From a virus, in the IMG/VR virus record IMGVR_UViG_3300042261_001452, positions 1 to 64,000 of that record: a stretch of 64,000 nucleotides of DNA; one strand, written 5' to 3'. A program made the translations under genes and the position numbers. Each line of letters starts with the position of its first letter. The first letter of the stretch is position 1. The notes under the pieces are model-generated. The model saw only the letters and a list, made by a program, of their open reading frames with translations, was not told the origin of the DNA and searched no databases. This document shows positions 59,512 through 64,000 of the stretch, in pieces.

Positions 59512-59859
59512 TTAAACGCCAAAGCCTTTATCTAAGGCTCTTTGAGTGCTTTGTGGATCAAGATCTTCAAGAGTTCTAAGACCCTTTGACTTTTCTTTCT
59601 GTGGAGTCTTAGCAGTAGGAGCCTGTACTCTACTTAAATGTTTAGTAGCTTCTTCTAGTCCTTCTGCTGTTAGTCCTGAATCTAGCTTATCCTCACCTTC
59701 GGCTAGCATATCTATTAGTGTTTGGTCTAACCCATCAGAACAACTAGATCCTTCAGAGTGTCCAAGAATATGATAGGCTGCACTGCCACTTTCCATATCA
59801 AGAGTAATTTGGATTGTTCTTTTTCCCTTTCCTGCTGCGGCTAATTTAAATATTTTCAT
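59512..59859 (-). CDS. DUF2997-like protein
   Basis: IQITLD..G....I.G..G.SC pattern; adjacent to DUF1257-like gene. Confidence 0.45.
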   Translation of the reverse strand: MKIFKLAAAGKGKRTIQITLDMESGSAAYHILGHSEGSSCSDGLDQTLIDMLAEGEDKLDSGLTAEGLEEATKHLSRVQAPTAKTPQKEKSKGLRTLEDLDPQSTQRALDKGFGV

Positions 59860-59876
59860 TTTATTAATCCTCTTTC

Positions 59877-60329
59877 TTAGTTTAGAATTTTTCCTTTTAC
59901 TGATCCCATTGCCTCATCAGGAACTTCTAGAGTTATAATAACCTTATTGCCCGCTTTAGTTATTTTTGGGGTAGCACCTAGTTTTGCAGCTAATGCCTTT
60001 AAATTTCTTTCTTTAATCTTGGTTTTAACGACATTTGGAATATTTAATCCGCCTTTTGTTTTCATATAGTCGGAGTCTGCAATCATAGTCCAATTACCAT
60101 CATCATCCTGTGCAAAACCGATTGATCTCCATGATCCTTTTAAAACAACCTTACATTTTCGTCCATTAACTAATGTTTCGCCACTAGGATCAATAACTAA
60201 ATGCTTGCGCCATTCAGATCCTATCATGCTTTTCCAATGCTGCATTACATCACCTTGTCCTACCAAAATATCTACCAAAACGTTAACGGAACATTTACAT
60301 TTCATATTTGTAGTCATCCAAGTACTCAT
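59877..60329 (-). CDS. DUF1257 (Ycf35)-like protein
   Basis: MS.W.T start, IGFAQDDDGNWTMIAD, A.KLG..IIITL. Confidence 0.55.
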   Translation of the reverse strand: MSTWMTTNMKCKCSVNVLVDILVGQGDVMQHWKSMIGSEWRKHLVIDPSGETLVNGRKCKVVLKGSWRSIGFAQDDDGNWTMIADSDYMKTKGGLNIPNVVKTKIKERNLKALAAKLGATPKITKAGNKVIITLEVPDEAMGSVKGKILN

Positions 60330-60343
60330 TTTCTTCTCCTATT

Positions 60344-61414
60344 TTATTTAATATCTTTTAAAAATTGTTCTAAATAGATAGATGATAATCCTGCATTTAG
60401 GCCATACTCACCAACATCTGAAACAATTGCCGTCAACATTCCTATTACTTTCCCATTATTTATATTAACTATTGGACACCCACTATTGCCGGGGAAAGCT
60501 GATAAATCAACAAATATATAGTCTGGAGCATTTGTATAATTGTAAATTCGTCTATTTAAACTTCCAATTGTTCCAAATGTCACATTATTCTCAAATCCAT
60601 GCGGACTTCCTACTGCCATTATATCTAACCCAATAGTAATGCTTTGCCGATTATCTAATTCAAAAGGCTCTACATCTATATCTGCCCTTAATAATGCAAT
60701 ATCTAATGTTGGATTAACTTTTTCAATAACTGCTGGATATTTTTGATTATTTTGCATTAAGAATATTTGAATATTATTAGATATTCCAACGTTTTCCATT
60801 TCTTTTCTAGCAGCATTATTATTTTTATCATATCTTGAAATGACATGAGCGCAAGTTAAGAATAATCCAGGACCAATACAAAATGCAGATCCAATTTCTC
60901 TAACTCCTTTTAGTGCATTAATACTTTCAACCATAAAAGTCTTTTCAAGAGCTTCTGCAATAACTATAGCCTTATTATTCTGGGCAATTCTAGTTAATGA
61001 TATTGAAGATATCCCTTTGTCTTTTAAGTTTGATATATATTTCTGAGCAGAATAATAAGAAGAAAAAGTTTTTGCTCCACCGGGAACTTTAACTCTCCAT
61101 TTTTCCATATTTAATTGACCTATAGGAAGCATACCCTCTAAGATAGACATATCCATTTGTTCTCTTTTATATTGTCCACCATCTTCCTTATAAGATTTGC
61201 CTACATCTTCGCCCCATGTTTGCGGAGACATTTCAGACCAATCTCCTCCACCACTTGGTATACGATATTTTTTACCCTCTAAAGCATCTTGCAAGGTAAA
61301 AACATTGTTAGCTGGAATAACTGATTTATCCGTAATCGGACTTAATCCAGTTCCCGGACTAATTATTTCAGGCATAAAGGTTCTTGATTCTTTTATTATG
61401 GGTTTCTTTTCCAT
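60344..61414 (-). CDS. trypsin-like (HtrA-type) serine protease with N-terminal extension
   Basis: LTCAHV, DIALL, GSPHG, PGNSGCP catalytic triad motifs. Confidence 0.85.
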   Translation of the reverse strand: MEKKPIIKESRTFMPEIISPGTGLSPITDKSVIPANNVFTLQDALEGKKYRIPSGGGDWSEMSPQTWGEDVGKSYKEDGGQYKREQMDMSILEGMLPIGQLNMEKWRVKVPGGAKTFSSYYSAQKYISNLKDKGISSISLTRIAQNNKAIVIAEALEKTFMVESINALKGVREIGSAFCIGPGLFLTCAHVISRYDKNNNAARKEMENVGISNNIQIFLMQNNQKYPAVIEKVNPTLDIALLRADIDVEPFELDNRQSITIGLDIMAVGSPHGFENNVTFGTIGSLNRRIYNYTNAPDYIFVDLSAFPGNSGCPIVNINNGKVIGMLTAIVSDVGEYGLNAGLSSIYLEQFLKDIK

Positions 61415-61423
61415 AATACTATT

Positions 61424-61447
61424 TTCAAAATTTTATAAGATATTCCT
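61424..61447 (-). promoter_or_regulatory. AGGA-N17-GAA promoter, 9 nt before ATG
   Basis: Upstream of serine protease gene. Confidence 0.6.
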
Positions 61448-62224
61448 CTAGTACTCGCCTGTTTTATCGCCACTAATATCTTCTATATCTGGATTATTAT
61501 TTAAATTTATAAAAGCACCTTTTACATTATCGCTAATCTTATTGTTTATTTCAGTGTCTATAAATGCCTCTCTATCAGAATTATCATCTACAGAATTAAT
61601 AAACTTAATATTCTTCCCTTTAGCTCTTGCTTTGGCAGAAACTTCTGATTCTAGAAGGATAGAATTTCTCATATTTACTTTGGTTGCTTCTTTTCCAGTT
61701 CCAACAGTAGCTTCTAATCCCATTCTTTCATTCATTTGCAAATTAGATTCGTCAACTTCTATTTCCTCTTCATTTTCGTAATCTTCTTCTTCTAATCTCT
61801 TTAATGCCTCAATTGAAGCTCTTGTTGCATCTGTTTCTGGGATATCGCCAGTCATATTTCTTAACATTTTCCCATGTCTAGGACCATTAAGAGTCATAGC
61901 TGTAACTTCGCTATTGTCAGTTTTATCTTCTTTTCTAGCAATTGCCTTAACAAACTTCTTAACTGAAGTATTATTTTTATTCTCTATTGGGGTATTTCCA
62001 TTCTCTATTATAGGATTAATTTTTATTTCTTCCATTCTTTGGGTTTTAGCCTCTAAGGACTGTGAATCTATCAAAAGGCCAGCATTCTTAAGACTAATAA
62101 TTTCTCGCATTTGTTCATCATCTGTAATTTCTATATTAGATAATTTGGTTTTACCTACCAAAGAACGCTTTAAACTATTTAACACAATAGTAGAATCAGT
62201 CAATCCCTGTATGGAAATAATCAT
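61448..62224 (-). CDS. hypothetical protein
   Basis: 258 aa, AAGGAG RBS. Confidence 0.6.
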   Translation of the reverse strand: MIISIQGLTDSTIVLNSLKRSLVGKTKLSNIEITDDEQMREIISLKNAGLLIDSQSLEAKTQRMEEIKINPIIENGNTPIENKNNTSVKKFVKAIARKEDKTDNSEVTAMTLNGPRHGKMLRNMTGDIPETDATRASIEALKRLEEEDYENEEEIEVDESNLQMNERMGLEATVGTGKEATKVNMRNSILLESEVSAKARAKGKNIKFINSVDDNSDREAFIDTEINNKISDNVKGAFINLNNNPDIEDISGDKTGEY

Positions 62225-62467
62225 GTTTTTACTCCTTTGTTTTTCTTCTATTATACAAGAATTAATAAAGTGCGTCTAAAGAAATATGCTTTTTATCCAT
62301 TTCTTTTCTAATCTTAGCTAAAAACTTAGATTTTTCACCCTGAGAAAATTGAGCAGCACCTAATAGACTCATTATTTCTCTATTGGCAGCAGGGAGATCA
62401 ACATCCTTAAATTTACTAATAAAAGAATTAAAAGCCTTATTTACTTTATTTTCAGATGTTTTAGGGT

Positions 62468-63820
62468 CTACTTTTTTTTTATATCTGCAATAACAATTGG
62501 GAAGTCATAATCTGATTTAGCAGTATGAACTTCTGGCATATCTTTAGACTTCAAAGGGTTCTTTTCAATTGTCTCTGGCAATTCAGAAAATTCTATATTT
62601 TCTGGAATTTCAGTCTCATCAACTTCTTCTGGAGAAACTTCTGTTATTGGAATATCTTCTTCTTCGTCTGCTGTTTCATTTCCAGCATACATGAATTTAA
62701 TGACCTTATTTACTTTGTCTAAAGAGAAGGCACTAGCTGGAATTTCAACTCCCTTTTCATCAGCAATATAATTTGCAGCATCTGCTAAAAGTTGATCAAT
62801 ATAATCTTCATCGTTTAAATTTGTTGCAATAGAAGGATTTAACTTAACAGTACCAAACTGATGAACTGTCCCATCTATATCTTTCGTATTTAATGTGATA
62901 TTAGTAAAAGGATTTTGAATTTCATTTCCTTCTGCTTTATCTTCTGTAAATCCTAGCATTCTAAAATTGATATCAGAATGATTAAGATTATTTCTTGATT
63001 TAGAAATTGAAAAATCTTCTTCTGAAATTTGTCCAGTCAAGAAAGGATATATTTCTAGTACCTTTTCCATTGCAGATTGTTTAACTTCTGAAACATTGGC
63101 AAAATCATCATTATCATATGACATTTTTACGAATATTGTGGGAGTTCCATCTGGAGTTATAGATTTAACATTTTTAATCATAGAAATCTTTGAAGGATCT
63201 ACTCCAAAAGTAGTAGGCATAGCGGCATCTAATCCTTCTCCTCTTTCATTCTCTTCATCTTCATAAATATCAACAAATGGATCTTCTGGGAGATCAAGCA
63301 CATCTTCGCCTTCATCATCTTCTTTTTGCAAAGCATTAAATCTTTTACCCATTGTGCCATCATCAAAATTTAATCCTCCATACTGAGCTGTCTTAATAGT
63401 ATTTTTTGAAGAAGCTGCTTTCAAACTCTCCCACCATCTCATTTTCTTGCTAATTTCAGATGCTGGCTTATATTTTTCATCTTCTACCTTATTGCCAGCT
63501 AATCTCTTTTCCTCTAGCTTATTAATATTCCCTTGATAGACTTTAGGATTACGGAATTTAGATCCAAACTCCGACGCTGTTGTTTCCAATTGTCTTTCTA
63601 TAAGAGAATCAGCGGAACCCTTTCTAACAGAATCTAGTAATTTTTCAATAGTAACATCTTTTTCTTCTACTCTATCCCTTTCTAATTGTTTTTGAGTAAT
63701 TGTTTCAGGAGCATCTTGTCTCATTTTGTTTTCCTTAAAACGCATATTAATATGAGTATCACCTAAATTTTTCTGTTCTTTTTTTGCCTTCTCAGCCTTA
63801 ATTTTGATAAAATTAGCCAT
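62468..63820 (-). CDS. hypothetical head protein with T/IxxQL repeats; possible frameshift extension to 62262
   Basis: TITQKQLE, TIEKLLD, LIERQLE; IKTAQ; ends ATA AAA AAA AAG TAG. Confidence 0.65.
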   Translation of the reverse strand: MANFIKIKAEKAKKEQKNLGDTHINMRFKENKMRQDAPETITQKQLERDRVEEKDVTIEKLLDSVRKGSADSLIERQLETTASEFGSKFRNPKVYQGNINKLEEKRLAGNKVEDEKYKPASEISKKMRWWESLKAASSKNTIKTAQYGGLNFDDGTMGKRFNALQKEDDEGEDVLDLPEDPFVDIYEDEENERGEGLDAAMPTTFGVDPSKISMIKNVKSITPDGTPTIFVKMSYDNDDFANVSEVKQSAMEKVLEIYPFLTGQISEEDFSISKSRNNLNHSDINFRMLGFTEDKAEGNEIQNPFTNITLNTKDIDGTVHQFGTVKLNPSIATNLNDEDYIDQLLADAANYIADEKGVEIPASAFSLDKVNKVIKFMYAGNETADEEEDIPITEVSPEEVDETEIPENIEFSELPETIEKNPLKSKDMPEVHTAKSDYDFPIVIADIKKK

Positions 63821-63890
63821 GTTTTACTCCGCTTGTTATATATTTCTGTTATATTTCTTATTAATTATGTGAAATTCCTTCCTATCTGCT

Positions 63891-64000
63891 TTATCTCCAT
63901 CCTACCCACATTGTTGTTGGTTCTGGTAATCCCATTTCAATACTCTCAGATGCCATAGCAACTGCTCCAGCCAATGAGTCTGCCAAGTCATCAGTCTTTA
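63891..64000 (-). CDS. C-terminus of terminase large subunit (partial)
   Basis: KTDDLADSLAGAVAMA, typical last nuclease motif; upstream of head genes. Confidence 0.65.
   Translation of the reverse strand, partial: KTDDLADSLAGAVAMASESIEMGLPEPTTMWVGWR

Noticed and set aside
1-64000. Stop-codon reassignment (TAG/TGA)
   Set aside because: Code 11 gives dense long ORFs, and read-through of the TAGs at 2961 and 62468 meets TAA within about 10 codons
1-64000. tRNA/rRNA genes
   Set aside because: No cloverleaf or rRNA-like sequence recognised; intergenic gaps are short and AT-rich

Overview
This window is the virion-morphogenesis region of a large AT-rich tailed phage (jumbo-like, probably siphovirus-type since no tail sheath gene is seen), with almost all genes on the minus strand. 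Read right to left it holds: terminase large subunit C-terminus, many probable head/internal proteins, a portal with two inteins and a C-terminal DUF559-like nuclease, a 1842-aa prohead protease/scaffold, a decoration protein, a compact HK97-fold major capsid protein, accessory enzymes, neck proteins, an actin-like ATPase, tail tube, frameshifting tail chaperones and the start of a probable tape measure gene. The accessory enzymes include a CCA-adding enzyme, two ADP-ribosyltransferase-like proteins, a lysozyme-like protein, a ferritin-like protein, a GT4 glycosyltransferase and a prenyltransferase-repeat protein. The most notable signals are: (1) K/R-x-A(Q/S) motifs and shared N-terminal leaders across many unrelated proteins, suggesting a capsid-targeting/protease-maturation code for a packaged enzyme cargo; (2) a Ycf46-like AAA+ pair with DUF1257- and DUF2997-like genes inside the head region; (3) a class-2-like intein starting with Met; (4) a circularly permuted ART; (5) a second -1 frameshift candidate; (6) a recurrent AGGR-N17/18-GAA promoter that often sits exactly 9 nt before an ATG. 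All family assignments are by eye from motifs and were not confirmed by database search.
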